A stretch of 64,000 bases of DNA, from positions 420,095 through 484,094 of the forward strand of contig CAYVOI010000001.1 of NCBI GenBank assembly GCA_964453605.1, read 5' to 3'. Both the position numbers and the translations under genes were made by a program. The stretch comes from an uncultured Gammaproteobacteria bacterium. GTDB lineage: Bacteria; Patescibacteriota; Patescibacteriia; Veblenbacterales; UBA10138. Within the stretch, counting starts at the first letter, position 1. Each line of letters begins with the position of its first letter. Of this stretch, positions 45,421 through 54,763 are shown piece by piece. Under the pieces are notes generated by a model. The model was given only the letters and a program-made list of their open reading frames with translations, searched no databases and was not told the DNA's origin.

Positions 45421-47194
45421 CCTCAACTGGAAAATCGGTGGTGAGGCTGGCTACGGTATACTGTCGGCTGGGGAAATTTTTGCCTACGCTTGTGCCCACG
45501 GCGGCTTGGAGACCTTTGCCTATTTAGAGTACCCCTCACTCATTCGCGGTGGGCACAATACCTACCAGGTGTGGGCCAGAGCCGACAACGTGCAATCGCA
45601 CTCGCACCTGGTTGATCTACTGGTAGGGCTGAACAAAGAAACCATTGATAGGCATGTAGAGGAAGTAGTGCCTGGTGGCGGGTTAGTGTACGATACCGAC
45701 GATAAACTTTTGCGCGGCTACAAGTGTACCAAAAAAGGCATGGCTGCTTTCCCCATGCCGCTTGAAACCCTGGCCAGGAGTACGGGCGGGGAAAAGCTGA
45801 TGCGGAACGCCGTGGCGGTGGCCGCGAGCTTTGCCTTGGTGCAGTTTCCCTTTGAGTACCTGACTGAGCTTTTAAAGCGCGCCTTTGGTAAGAAAGGTGA
45901 GAAGGTGGTAAACCTAAACATTGCAGCCGCTAAGGCTGGTTATGATTATGTGGCCAAGCACTTTGCGGGTAAGTTTTTATACAAACTCGAGGTGCGGCCT
46001 GAGCGTGGGAAACGTTTGCTGGTCAATGGTAACGAGGCTATAGCTATGGGTGCTATTAAGGGTGGCGTAAAGTTCTACGCGGCTTACCCTATGACACCCG
46101 CCTCCTCCATTCTCCATTACCTGGCAACGCAGGAGAGGAACTACAAGTTGGTGGTAAAGCAAACCGAAGATGAGCTGGCCGCCATGAACATGGTGGCAGC
46201 CGCTGGCTTTGCAGGTGTCAGGGCTATGACCGCCACCTCAGGTGGTGGCTTTTCGCTGATGGTGGAAGCCCTAGGCCTGGCTGGCATGGTGGAGTCACCG
46301 GCGGTGGTTGTACTCGCGCAGCGCCCAGGCCCAGCCACGGGTTTGCCAACCTGGACTGAGCAAGGTGACTTACGTTTTGCCATGCACGCCGCCCAAGGTG
46401 ATTCGCCGCGCCTTATTGTGGCACCCGGCGACCCCGAAGAGTGCTTTGAGCTTACCTTTCATGCCTTTAACGTGGCGGAAAAGTACCAGCTGCCGGTAAT
46501 TGTGATGACCGATAAGTACCTGGCTGAGGCTAGACAAACCGTGCCCTTCTTTAAGACCGTCGGACTTACGATAGATAGGGGCGAGTGGGCCGATACATCG
46601 AAGCTGCCGCCTGATGCGCGCTTCAACCGCTACGCCGATACGGCGAATGGCGTAAGCCCTAGGAGCATCCCCGGCCAACCTGGTGGCATGTTTGTGGCTA
46701 ATAGCGATGAGCACGAGCCGACTGGATTAGCGGACGAGGAAGTTGGGACGAGAAAGATTATGATGGAAAAAAGGATGCGCAAGTTACAGTTCGCCAAGAC
46801 CGACGTGCCCGAACCCATAAAGCTCTACGGCCCTAAGGAAGCCGATGTTACGCTAGTGGGGTGGGGGAGTACGAAAGGTCCGATTTTAGAAGCCATCAAG
46901 ATGTTAGAGCGCGAGCCTAATAAGGCGAAGCCCGGTACCGACCCGGCCAGGACGGGGTCTGGTATCCGGGTAAACTTTTTGCAGGTGCGGTTACTCCATC
47001 CATTCCCGGTAAAAGAGGTGGATGCAGTTTTGAGGCAAGCCAAGCGCCGCGTGCTGATTGAAAATAATTATTCCGGCCAGCTCGGCGGTTTGATTCGGGA
47101 AAAAACGGGTATAGATATTACCGAACGACTGCTCAAGTACGACGGCCGACCCGTGCATCCGGAGGAGATTGTACAAAAACTAGTGGGCACTTAA
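45401..47194 (+). CDS. 2-oxoacid:ferredoxin oxidoreductase alpha subunit (gamma-alpha fusion)
   Basis: IGGEAGYG, SLIRGGHN, YPMTPAS, QTEDELAA, TSGGGFSLM, QRPGPATGLPT, ENNYSGQL; start at MEHK after AAGGAG. Confidence 0.93.
   Translation: MEHKTNNLNWKIGGEAGYGILSAGEIFAYACAHGGLETFAYLEYPSLIRGGHNTYQVWARADNVQSHSHLVDLLVGLNKETIDRHVEEVVPGGGLVYDTDDKLLRGYKCTKKGMAAFPMPLETLARSTGGEKLMRNAVAVAASFALVQFPFEYLTELLKRAFGKKGEKVVNLNIAAAKAGYDYVAKHFAGKFLYKLEVRPERGKRLLVNGNEAIAMGAIKGGVKFYAAYPMTPASSILHYLATQERNYKLVVKQTEDELAAMNMVAAAGFAGVRAMTATSGGGFSLMVEALGLAGMVESPAVVVLAQRPGPATGLPTWTEQGDLRFAMHAAQGDSPRLIVAPGDPEECFELTFHAFNVAEKYQLPVIVMTDKYLAEARQTVPFFKTVGLTIDRGEWADTSKLPPDARFNRYADTANGVSPRSIPGQPGGMFVANSDEHEPTGLADEEVGTRKIMMEKRMRKLQFAKTDVPEPIKLYGPKEADVTLVGWGSTKGPILEAIKMLEREPNKAKPGTDPARTGSGIRVNFLQVRLLHPFPVKEVDAVLRQAKRRVLIENNYSGQLGGLIREKTGIDITERLLKYDGRPVHPEEIVQKLVGT
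46911..46970 (+). repeat. In-frame two-hairpin element inside the oxidoreductase alpha gene
   Basis: GCGAG-CCTAATAAGG-CGAAG-CCCGGTACCG...TCTGGTATCCGGG; adds PNKAKPGTDPARTGS between LERE and GIRV. Confidence 0.75.
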
Positions 47195-47219
47195 CTTATT
47201 AGTTTAATAAAATATCACC

Positions 47220-47579
47220 ATGGAGGCTCCGCTATCTATAAACAACAAAACAGGAATAGTATGGTACAAATCAGGTAAGGGCATTGGTGATTTTATTCTA
47301 CGCCTCTGCTTTGTTTGTGTGCTTATGTATTTTGTGCTCATAGGTGCGGCTTTTATTCTTATATATAGTGGATTTTTACAAGATATAGCATTAAGTGTAA
47401 GCAACGGTGCATACTATAATCAAATTTTGTTAAGTTATTATATTATCATAGCCTTAGTTACAGCGACACCGTTAGCTGGGCTCAATAGTAAGCAGGTACA
47501 GCAGGGTAAACGGTCGTATTTCTGGTGCACGCTTCTATGTGAGTTAATTTTTGCAGCCGTTCTGCTGCATATATGGTAA
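47220..47579 (+). CDS. AT-rich membrane protein inserted between the alpha and beta genes
   Basis: Three hydrophobic segments; its stop overlaps the ATG of the orphan beta-subunit start. Confidence 0.65.
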   Translation: MEAPLSINNKTGIVWYKSGKGIGDFILRLCFVCVLMYFVLIGAAFILIYSGFLQDIALSVSNGAYYNQILLSYYIIIALVTATPLAGLNSKQVQQGKRSYFWCTLLCELIFAAVLLHIW

Positions 47580-47621
47580 CCACCAAAGATTTCGAAACTT
47601 CCCAATTTCCCACCTGGTGCC
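47573..47621 (+). pseudogene. Orphan copy of the beta-subunit 5' end (MVTTKDFETSQFPTWC)
   Basis: 47578-47621 is identical to 48858-48901 (44 bp). Confidence 0.93.
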
Positions 47622-47687
47622 TTGAGCACCCGAGCCGGCCCATGCATCCGAAGGAAATCATAAATAACCATTAACTAGGATAAATGT

Positions 47688-48833
47688 ATGAATCTGCTGC
47701 AGTATAAGGAAGTCTCCAGAAGTCAACGTATTTTGTATTGGATAGCTCAGTTGATACCTTCAGTTTTAGTATTACTAATAAACTATATCGTTTTTAGCTA
47801 TTTTATAGACATAAATACTATTTATACAAAAGTGAACGAGTCGTTACTTTCCCCAATACTTGCAGGTTTTTATATCTTGGTGTTTGAGATAGTGCTCTGC
47901 TTAGTCTTCAGTTTAGGAATTAACCTGGCGTTCTTTTACAGACGCATCATTAAATCCACCGCCGGCCTCATCTTCTTAGTGTCATTGCAAATAGTGATTT
48001 TACCAATAGTTCAATATGCTGAGGCTAGTATTAAAGATAGTTATTATACGAGGAGCCGTGTTGACCTAGTCCAGAAGGTCTTAAATACAAAAAGTTCTGA
48101 GGTCGCAATACAAGAAATCATTGCGATGGATTTTACCGGCAGAAGGACAACTGAAACTGAGCTTATTAATACCCTGGTAGCAGCCCTCAACAGCGCAAAC
48201 GATGCTGACTCTCAAACAAGGCTTATACGAGCTATGGCAAACCCGTCGTTTGCTCTTCAGTTAGATAACAATAAGCATTGGGTTTACCCAATAGCCACAG
48301 CGATTGTTGAACTGAATACTAAAACATCCACAGCTTTTACCGTCAGGCAAGCGAGCTTTGCTACCCTTAAGGTTCACTGTACTGATGACACCGTGAGCGA
48401 CAATATTACTTGCGTAGGGTTATGGGAGTTGACCAAAGCCTCTTTGAACCTAAATGACGAGGCAGTACGTCAACTCACCTACTCAAATTTTTTTGATGCT
48501 GCTACGATGACCAACTATCAGTTCGATGACCCCCTCAGTAAGAGTGCCCTGAGTGCTATTTTTTCTTCTTTTGTTAATGAGCCAAATACAAGTGTTCGGG
48601 CGAACATGGCGATCGAAATGGTAAAATGGCTTGGGTCGGGCAACACTCATTATAATCTAATATCTACTACGAATAGTACTCTATCCATAGAGCTTGTTAA
48701 TTTGTTGTTAAGTTATAAAGATCAATTGCAGCCACTCGCTAATCCGCCAGGCAGACTAGGTTATGATCCTGTTAAAAATCTAGAACAGCTTAAGGTTAGT
48801 TTAGGTGGATCGGTAAACATTGCGACGCCATAG
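47688..48833 (+). CDS. AT-rich membrane protein with a helical (HEAT-like) soluble domain
   Basis: Three N-terminal TM segments; lies between the 44-bp direct repeats. Confidence 0.7.
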   Translation: MNLLQYKEVSRSQRILYWIAQLIPSVLVLLINYIVFSYFIDINTIYTKVNESLLSPILAGFYILVFEIVLCLVFSLGINLAFFYRRIIKSTAGLIFLVSLQIVILPIVQYAEASIKDSYYTRSRVDLVQKVLNTKSSEVAIQEIIAMDFTGRRTTETELINTLVAALNSANDADSQTRLIRAMANPSFALQLDNNKHWVYPIATAIVELNTKTSTAFTVRQASFATLKVHCTDDTVSDNITCVGLWELTKASLNLNDEAVRQLTYSNFFDAATMTNYQFDDPLSKSALSAIFSSFVNEPNTSVRANMAIEMVKWLGSGNTHYNLISTTNSTLSIELVNLLLSYKDQLQPLANPPGRLGYDPVKNLEQLKVSLGGSVNIATP

Positions 48834-48852
48834 TCCGATTGAATGATCTTAT

Positions 48853-49740
48853 ATGCCAACCACCAAAGATTTCGAAACTTCCCAATTTCCCACCTGGTGC
48901 CCGGGGTGCGGGGACTTTGGTATTTGGACGTGCCTCAAGAATGCTTTTGTGGAGCAAGGTTTAGCGCCGCACGAGGTGTGCGTGTCGTTTGGCATTGGTT
49001 GCAGCGGCAACATGGCCAGCTTCCTTAATGTATATGGGTTCCACGGGCTCCACGGCCGCAGTATTCCACCTGCGAGCGCTATAAAGCTTGCGAATCATAA
49101 ATTAAATGTAGTTGCAATTGGTGGCGATGGCGATGGCTACGGCATTGGCCTGGGGCACACCATTCATGCTATGCGAAGGAACCTGGACATAACCTACGTG
49201 GTGCACAACAACCAGGTGTACGGGCTTACCAAGGGCCAAGCCTCACCTACCACTGAGAAGGGTGCGCCGACAAAGTCCACGCCGTTTGGTTTAATCGAAG
49301 AGCCGCTGGACCCTATGGCGCTTGCTATTTCAGCTGGGGCCACGTACGTCGCGCGCGGCTACGCGGGTAACGTAAAGCAGCTCACGGAGCTTATTGTGGG
49401 CGGTATGAAGCACAAAGGCTTTGCACTCATCGACGTAATGCAGCCGTGCGTTACCTACAACCACCTCAACACCTTTCACTGGTTCTACCAGCGTATCTAT
49501 GAGTTGGATAAAGAAGGCCATAATCCCAAAGACAAGCACGCTGCTTGGCTTAAGGCTATGGAGTGGCCCACGCCGTTAACGTATGACCCGAACCGCATTG
49601 ATCGAATTCCCACCGGGCTCTTCTACCAAGAAGAGCGGCCGACGTATGAAGACGAACTACCAGCTATTGCGGACAAGCCCTTAGTGGAACACTCGTTGGA
49701 GAACATCGATATTACAGCCCTAATGGAAACATTGAGCTAG
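48853..49740 (+). CDS. 2-oxoacid:ferredoxin oxidoreductase beta subunit
   Basis: PTWCPGCGDFG, GIGCS, LHGR, GGDGDGYGIG, NNQVYGLTKGQASPT, QPCVTYN. Confidence 0.95.
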   Translation: MPTTKDFETSQFPTWCPGCGDFGIWTCLKNAFVEQGLAPHEVCVSFGIGCSGNMASFLNVYGFHGLHGRSIPPASAIKLANHKLNVVAIGGDGDGYGIGLGHTIHAMRRNLDITYVVHNNQVYGLTKGQASPTTEKGAPTKSTPFGLIEEPLDPMALAISAGATYVARGYAGNVKQLTELIVGGMKHKGFALIDVMQPCVTYNHLNTFHWFYQRIYELDKEGHNPKDKHAAWLKAMEWPTPLTYDPNRIDRIPTGLFYQEERPTYEDELPAIADKPLVEHSLENIDITALMETLS

Positions 49741-49759
49741 CCTGTGTTAGAATAGTAAG

Positions 49760-51478
49760 GTGACAAGCAAACGTTGGCAGGTAGCCGAACCAATTTCGCA
49801 AGAGGTTACAGGGTCGTTCCCGGAGATTGACCCAGTTTTGCTGCAACTGCTCTGGAACCGGGACGTGCGCACCCAAGAAGCGATTGATGAGTTCCTGAAC
49901 CCTGAGTGGAGTAAAGACGTACACGATCCCTACTTGTTCCGCCACATGAAAAAGGCGGTGGAGCGGGTGTACGAGGCTATTGGCGCGGGGCAGGCGATTG
50001 GCGTGTTTGGGGATTACGATGCCGACGGTGTGAGTGCGGCCGTTATACTGTCTGACACGTTGAAAAAACTTGGCGCCAAGCTCGAAGTGTACTTGCCTCA
50101 CCGTGAGCGTGAGGGCTATGGACTCAATACTGAAGCCATCAAGTACTTGCACGGTAAGGGCGCCACAGTCCTCGTTACCTGTGATTGCGGGATTGCGAAC
50201 GTCAGCCAGGTAGCCTACGCTAACAGCCTCGGAATCGATGTTATAATCACCGACCACCACCAGCGTCAGGCTGAGCTGCCGCAGGCCTACGCCATTCTGC
50301 ACTGTGGGTTAGACGAGGAAACGTACCCGTTTAAGTATCTCTCAGGCGGCGGCATGGCGTTTAAATTTGTGCAGGGGCTGCTGCGCTATGATGGCTGCCA
50401 CTTGCCTGAGCCTGAGCGCGAAGCACACGAGAAGTGGTTACTGGATTTGGTAGCCATTTCGACAGTGGGGGACATGATGGAGCTCGTGGGGGAAAACCGT
50501 ACCCTGGTGAAATACGGCCTGGTGGTTTTACGGAAAACGAAACGTTTAGGGTTACGCAAGCTGATAGAGGCAGCCGCACTTAAGGCAGAGAACTTAGACA
50601 CCTACTCCATTGGTTTCCAAATCGCGCCGCGTATTAACGCCGCGGGACGCATGGACCACGCCAACGCTGCCTACGCACTGCTTATGTCAGAGAACGTGGG
50701 TGAGGCTGGGGAGCTGGCGCGAGCCCTTAACCTTACCAACAGCGCGCGGCAGAAATTAACCGACGAAATGTTTGAAGCCTCGTGTGAGCAGATTGGCGAG
50801 CTGAAACCTGACCAGTACCTGGTGCATGCGTTTGCGCCGGAGTGGCCCTTGGGAATGGTGGGGTTGGTGGCAGGCAAACTGGTGCAAGAGTACGGCCGGC
50901 CGGCTCTTGTACTCTGCGAGAATGGCGGCCGGGTAGCAGGTTCGGGTCGCAGCGGCGTAGGTGGGTTTGATTTAGCGGCCGCACTTACCGAGTGCAAGGA
51001 GCTCCTCACCAGCTGGGGTGGGCACAAAGAGGCGGCTGGGTTTTCTTTGCCCAAAGAGAACCTGGAGTCGTTCCTAGCTCAGTTTGAACGTATTGCTGTT
51101 CGCGAGCTTGCGGGAGTTGATCTTACACCTGTGATGAGGATAGATTTGGCCGTTCTACTGCCACAAGCCGATTGGGCTCTAGTAGAACAGGTAGCGCAAC
51201 TTGAGCCAACCGGACAGCTTAACCCTAAGGCTCGGTTTGTGAGCTACAAGCTTACAGTGGACGAACTCCGGCCAGTTGGTGCCCAAGGCCAGCACCTTAC
51301 ACTTGTGCTAGAAGGCGACGGCGTGGCGCGTAAGTTCATTCTGTTCCGCCAGGGCGATACCGGCACTTTGCTTAAATTGGGGGACAAAGTTGATGTGGTG
51401 TACGAGGTCGGCGTGAACGAGTGGAATGGGAATAGGGAGCTTGAGTTGAAGGTAGTTGATATAAAGAAGAGTATTTAG
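49760..51478 (+). CDS. recJ: ssDNA-specific exonuclease
   Basis: GDYDADG, EGYGL, TCDCG, TDHH, APRINAAGR, GSGRS, GGHKEAAG. Confidence 0.96.
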   Translation: MTSKRWQVAEPISQEVTGSFPEIDPVLLQLLWNRDVRTQEAIDEFLNPEWSKDVHDPYLFRHMKKAVERVYEAIGAGQAIGVFGDYDADGVSAAVILSDTLKKLGAKLEVYLPHREREGYGLNTEAIKYLHGKGATVLVTCDCGIANVSQVAYANSLGIDVIITDHHQRQAELPQAYAILHCGLDEETYPFKYLSGGGMAFKFVQGLLRYDGCHLPEPEREAHEKWLLDLVAISTVGDMMELVGENRTLVKYGLVVLRKTKRLGLRKLIEAAALKAENLDTYSIGFQIAPRINAAGRMDHANAAYALLMSENVGEAGELARALNLTNSARQKLTDEMFEASCEQIGELKPDQYLVHAFAPEWPLGMVGLVAGKLVQEYGRPALVLCENGGRVAGSGRSGVGGFDLAAALTECKELLTSWGGHKEAAGFSLPKENLESFLAQFERIAVRELAGVDLTPVMRIDLAVLLPQADWALVEQVAQLEPTGQLNPKARFVSYKLTVDELRPVGAQGQHLTLVLEGDGVARKFILFRQGDTGTLLKLGDKVDVVYEVGVNEWNGNRELELKVVDIKKSI

Positions 51479-51580
51479 CTGACCGTGGGTTTAAGTTTGA
51501 TCTTTTTGAATACAGAGACAAAATGAAAGCCCCTCCAACGCGAAAGGGCTTTTTCAGAACATGTTCTTTGGCTCTATGCT

Positions 51581-51889
51581 TCAGTAGCCAGCCAGTTCCT
51601 TTACGGAGAGTATAAACATTTTGAGTTTCCGCTTGCATTTTTTGCACCCGCCATCGAGTACAAGGATATGCCGGAGACCTTGTTCTAGTAAGTCAGGATC
51701 TACCCGCTCAAGGCTGTGCGGCCATCGGTGCTGGGTGTGTTTGATGTATATATCAATTATTTGATCGGTGAACTCAGCACCACCTTCTCGTAGCCTTTCT
51801 TTTAAAAGTTGGTTTACCGCACTGAGCTCCTCCGCGTTGGATGTTAAGGCCTTAAGCTCATTTACAGAAAAAAAGCTTGTGGGTTCCAT
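51581..51889 (-). CDS. AT-rich orphan hypothetical protein
   Basis: 102-aa ORF with CKKC; shares a terminator-like hairpin (51526-51554) with recJ. Confidence 0.55.
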   Translation of the reverse strand: MEPTSFFSVNELKALTSNAEELSAVNQLLKERLREGGAEFTDQIIDIYIKHTQHRWPHSLERVDPDLLEQGLRHILVLDGGCKKCKRKLKMFILSVKELAGY

Positions 51890-51967
51890 GTTTGAGCCCT
51901 TTATGTATGTTTGACTTTTATTGAGTTAAGCTGTTATTTGGTTTAAACTTAGATCGTAAGCATTTCT

Positions 51968-52387
51968 ATGTCAAGAAATCATATAATGATTTTAAGAACC
52001 GATGGTGGCGCGCGGGGGAACCCAGGCCCTGCCGCGATTGGCGTGGTGATTGCCGACGAACAGGGGGGCATGGTGCGCGAGTTCGGCCGCTACATCGGCG
52101 AGACCACGAACAACCAAGCGGAGTACCAGGCCCTGCTCGCCGGCTTGGAGGAAGCAAAAAAGTTGGGCGCTACCGAGGTGCACTGCTATCTCGACAGCGA
52201 GCTTGTTGTTAAGCAGCTCAGGCAAGAGTATAAGGTAAAGGACAAGGGCTTAGCGCCGCTGTTTGTAAAAGTGTGGAACCTAAGTCAGTCGTTTACAAAG
52301 GTAACGTACACTAGTGTACCCCGCGAACAAAACAAGCGGGCTGATATGTTAGTGAACCAAACGCTCGATATTCATCCTAAGGCTTAA
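51968..52387 (+). CDS. rnhA: Ribonuclease HI
   Basis: TDGGARGNPGPAAIG, TNNQAEY, DSELVVKQ, PREQNKRAD. Confidence 0.93.
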   Translation: MSRNHIMILRTDGGARGNPGPAAIGVVIADEQGGMVREFGRYIGETTNNQAEYQALLAGLEEAKKLGATEVHCYLDSELVVKQLRQEYKVKDKGLAPLFVKVWNLSQSFTKVTYTSVPREQNKRADMLVNQTLDIHPKA

Positions 52388-52389
52388 CG

Positions 52390-52421
52390 TTATTCCAATG
52401 TTCCTAAGAACATTGGAATAA
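52390..52421. repeat. 14-bp inverted repeat immediately after rnhA
   Basis: TTATTCCAATGTTC-CTAA-GAACATTGGAATAA. Confidence 0.85.
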
Positions 52422-52524
52422 TAACTTGTAACACTATGAAAATTCAGCCGCGAGTTTGTCCTTGGCGCCTTCAGCAAAAACCGCCTGAGGTTTCAGACGG
52501 TCTTTGTTTCAAGCTGTGGGCACC

Positions 52525-52731
52525 TCACGCCGGGACGAGGTGGCAAATGTGGTGGGATAGGTACGCCATGTTTTCTCGGGCACAGTGTTCTTGTACGTGC
52601 GACGTAACCTGGGCGTAGGAATCTTTTAAGGGTAGGCGGCCGTCGATACGAACGTCTTTGAGGTGTTTGGTCAGCCTGCCAGTGCCGGCGGGTGATTTGT
52701 AGAGCACAATAATGCCTACGTTGAAGTTCAT
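52525..52731 (-). CDS. Orphan small protein with its own promoter and terminator
   Basis: Minus-strand TTGACA(52811)-17-TAAGCT, CA-rich leader, AAGGA SD, hairpin 52476-52505. Confidence 0.55.
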   Translation of the reverse strand: MNFNVGIIVLYKSPAGTGRLTKHLKDVRIDGRLPLKDSYAQVTSHVQEHCARENMAYLSHHICHLVPA

Positions 52732-52818
52732 GGGGATCCTTTTTTGGTTGATGTGTTTTTAGTTTGGTTGTACTCTGTCTAAAGCTTAAAATTTGGCTAG
52801 CGTTCTGTCAACGTAAAA

Positions 52819-52849
52819 CACCACCCTCGGGTTTGACCCGAGGGTGGTG
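52819..52849 (-). terminator. Terminator of rnpB
   Basis: CACCACCCTCGGG/CCCGAGGGTGGTG followed by TTTT on the minus strand. Confidence 0.8.
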
Positions 52850-52860
52850 ATATCTATAGT

Positions 52861-53301
52861 GCTAAGCACACCTGATAAGCCGAATTCTGTATCCCGCCGA
52901 TGGCGGGACGGCGATTATCTATCTAGGCTCTACCTTGCGGTAGAGCTCAAGCTACCAACCCGACCGTAAAACTCACTTGTGGTGAGCCACGGCCCTATTT
53001 GGTATTGCACCGGGTAGAGTTTACCTAGCCGCCTGTGTCACCACAGACGCTGGTGGGCTTTTACGTTACTTCGCCGAAGCGAGTTATCCCGCGTAAGCGG
53101 GCCCACCGTTTCACCCCTTACCCGCCAGCTGGCGGGCGGGACTGTTCTCTGTTGTACTTGTCCTGCGGCGTGCCTTGCGGCAGCCAACGGCTCCTGTTAG
53201 GAGCTACCCCTCCCTATGCCTGGGAGCAGCGTGGTGTTCGGACTTTCCTCCCCGTAAAATCCCTTACGGGATCACGGGGCAATCGCCTAGGTGTACCTAG
53301 C
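52861..53301 (-). ncRNA. rnpB: RNase P RNA
   Basis: The minus strand has GAGGAAAGTCCG near the 5' end and ACAGAATTCGGCTTAT near the 3' end; P1 GCTAGGTACACCT/AGGTGTGCTTAGC. Confidence 0.95.
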
Positions 53302-53359
53302 TTGACTAGTCTAGCATAAACTCGTAAAAAGTCAAGGAACTCGGTATACTAATTGGCGT

Positions 53360-54760
53360 ATGAAACGTTCTCAATTACTGCTCGCCACGGTCGCGCTACC
53401 GCTTGATTACGTACTCTTGCTGACTGCCGGGCTCCTCGCGTACCAGCTTCGTTTTGAGGCCTGGGTCACGGACCTGAGGCCGGTGGTGTTCCAGCTGCCC
53501 TTAGGGGAGTTTATGCAGCTCCTTATGGTAGTGGCGCTAGTCTGGTTGGTGCTGTTTGCGCTGGCGGGGCTCTATGCTATTTCAGGTTACCTGAAGTTCT
53601 CTACTGAGGTGGGGAAGCTGTTCTTAGCGTGCGCCGCGGGGTTGGCACTCATTATTACGCTGTTCTTCTTTAACCCACTGCTCTTTAGTTCTCGTTTCAT
53701 TGTGCTAGCGGGTTCGGGGTTTGCTTTTCTCTTCACGCTGCTTGGGCGCTTGGCACTACGGCTTCTACGCGCAGCGCTCTACCGGCGCGGTATTGCAATT
53801 ACCCGTGTGGTTCTGCTCGGCGACGACGCGGCCACACGTACCCTTGAACAGTTGTTCCAGCGTAATCCTGGGCTTGGTTTCCGCGTGGTAAAGCGTTTTG
53901 GGGCTGCTGAGCTTATTACCTTGTCTTCTGGCGAGATCGAGGCTGATGAGGTCCTGATAGGTGAAGCGGGTTTACCGCACCAGGTAATAGTGCAGGTTTT
54001 GGAGTACTGCGTCACACACCACCTAGGGTTCCGCTACGTGGCGGACATGTTGGAGGCACAGTCGCACAACGTGGTAACGCATACGTTGGCCGGGTTACCT
54101 ATTATAGAGATAAAGCGTACCCCCCTGGACGGTTGGGGTAGAGTAGCCAAACGTGTTTTTGACTTGGTAGCCTCTACGGTGTTAATAGTGCTACTGTCGC
54201 CAGTTATGTTTCTTACCGCACTCGTAATTCTGGTGGACTCTGGCTGGCCGGTACTCTGGAGTAAGTTTGACGATGGCACGCCCCTGAAGCGTATTGGGGA
54301 GCATGGTCGGCCGTTCCGGTACTTTAAGTTCCGCTCCATGAGAAATGGCACACACTCTTTGCGCTACACCGAGCTGGCCACGTACGACTTACGCCAGGGT
54401 GGCCCTTTGGTCAAAATTGAGAACGACCCACGGGTTACGTCGGTGGGGCGGTTTATAAGACGTTACTCTATTGATGAGCTACCCGAACTTTTTTTGGTTT
54501 TGTTCGGTCGTATGAGCTTGGTGGGGCCGAGGCCTCACCTGCCCGAAGAGGTAGCGCGCTACCGTGAGCGTGAGCGACGGGTGCTTGCTATTAAACCAGG
54601 TATTACGGGTTTGGCACAAATTTCTGGGCGCGATAACTTGAGCTTTGACGACGAAGTTAGGCTCGACACGTTCTACATTGAGAACTGGTCCTTGGGTAGC
54701 GACCTGGTTATCCTTATTAAAACTCTTGTCGTAGTATTGCAGCACAAGGCTGCTGTTTGA
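53360..54760 (+). CDS. Polyprenyl glycosylphosphotransferase (WcaJ/WbaP-like priming transferase)
   Basis: KRVFDL, FKFRSM, DPRVTSVGRFIRRYSIDELP, MSLVGPRP, KPGITGLAQ, YIENWS. Confidence 0.92.
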   Translation: MKRSQLLLATVALPLDYVLLLTAGLLAYQLRFEAWVTDLRPVVFQLPLGEFMQLLMVVALVWLVLFALAGLYAISGYLKFSTEVGKLFLACAAGLALIITLFFFNPLLFSSRFIVLAGSGFAFLFTLLGRLALRLLRAALYRRGIAITRVVLLGDDAATRTLEQLFQRNPGLGFRVVKRFGAAELITLSSGEIEADEVLIGEAGLPHQVIVQVLEYCVTHHLGFRYVADMLEAQSHNVVTHTLAGLPIIEIKRTPLDGWGRVAKRVFDLVASTVLIVLLSPVMFLTALVILVDSGWPVLWSKFDDGTPLKRIGEHGRPFRYFKFRSMRNGTHSLRYTELATYDLRQGGPLVKIENDPRVTSVGRFIRRYSIDELPELFLVLFGRMSLVGPRPHLPEEVARYRERERRVLAIKPGITGLAQISGRDNLSFDDEVRLDTFYIENWSLGSDLVILIKTLVVVLQHKAAV

Positions 54761-54763
54761 CCT

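Noticed and set aside
53035-53319. 94-aa ORF
   Set aside because: Antisense to the RNase P RNA.
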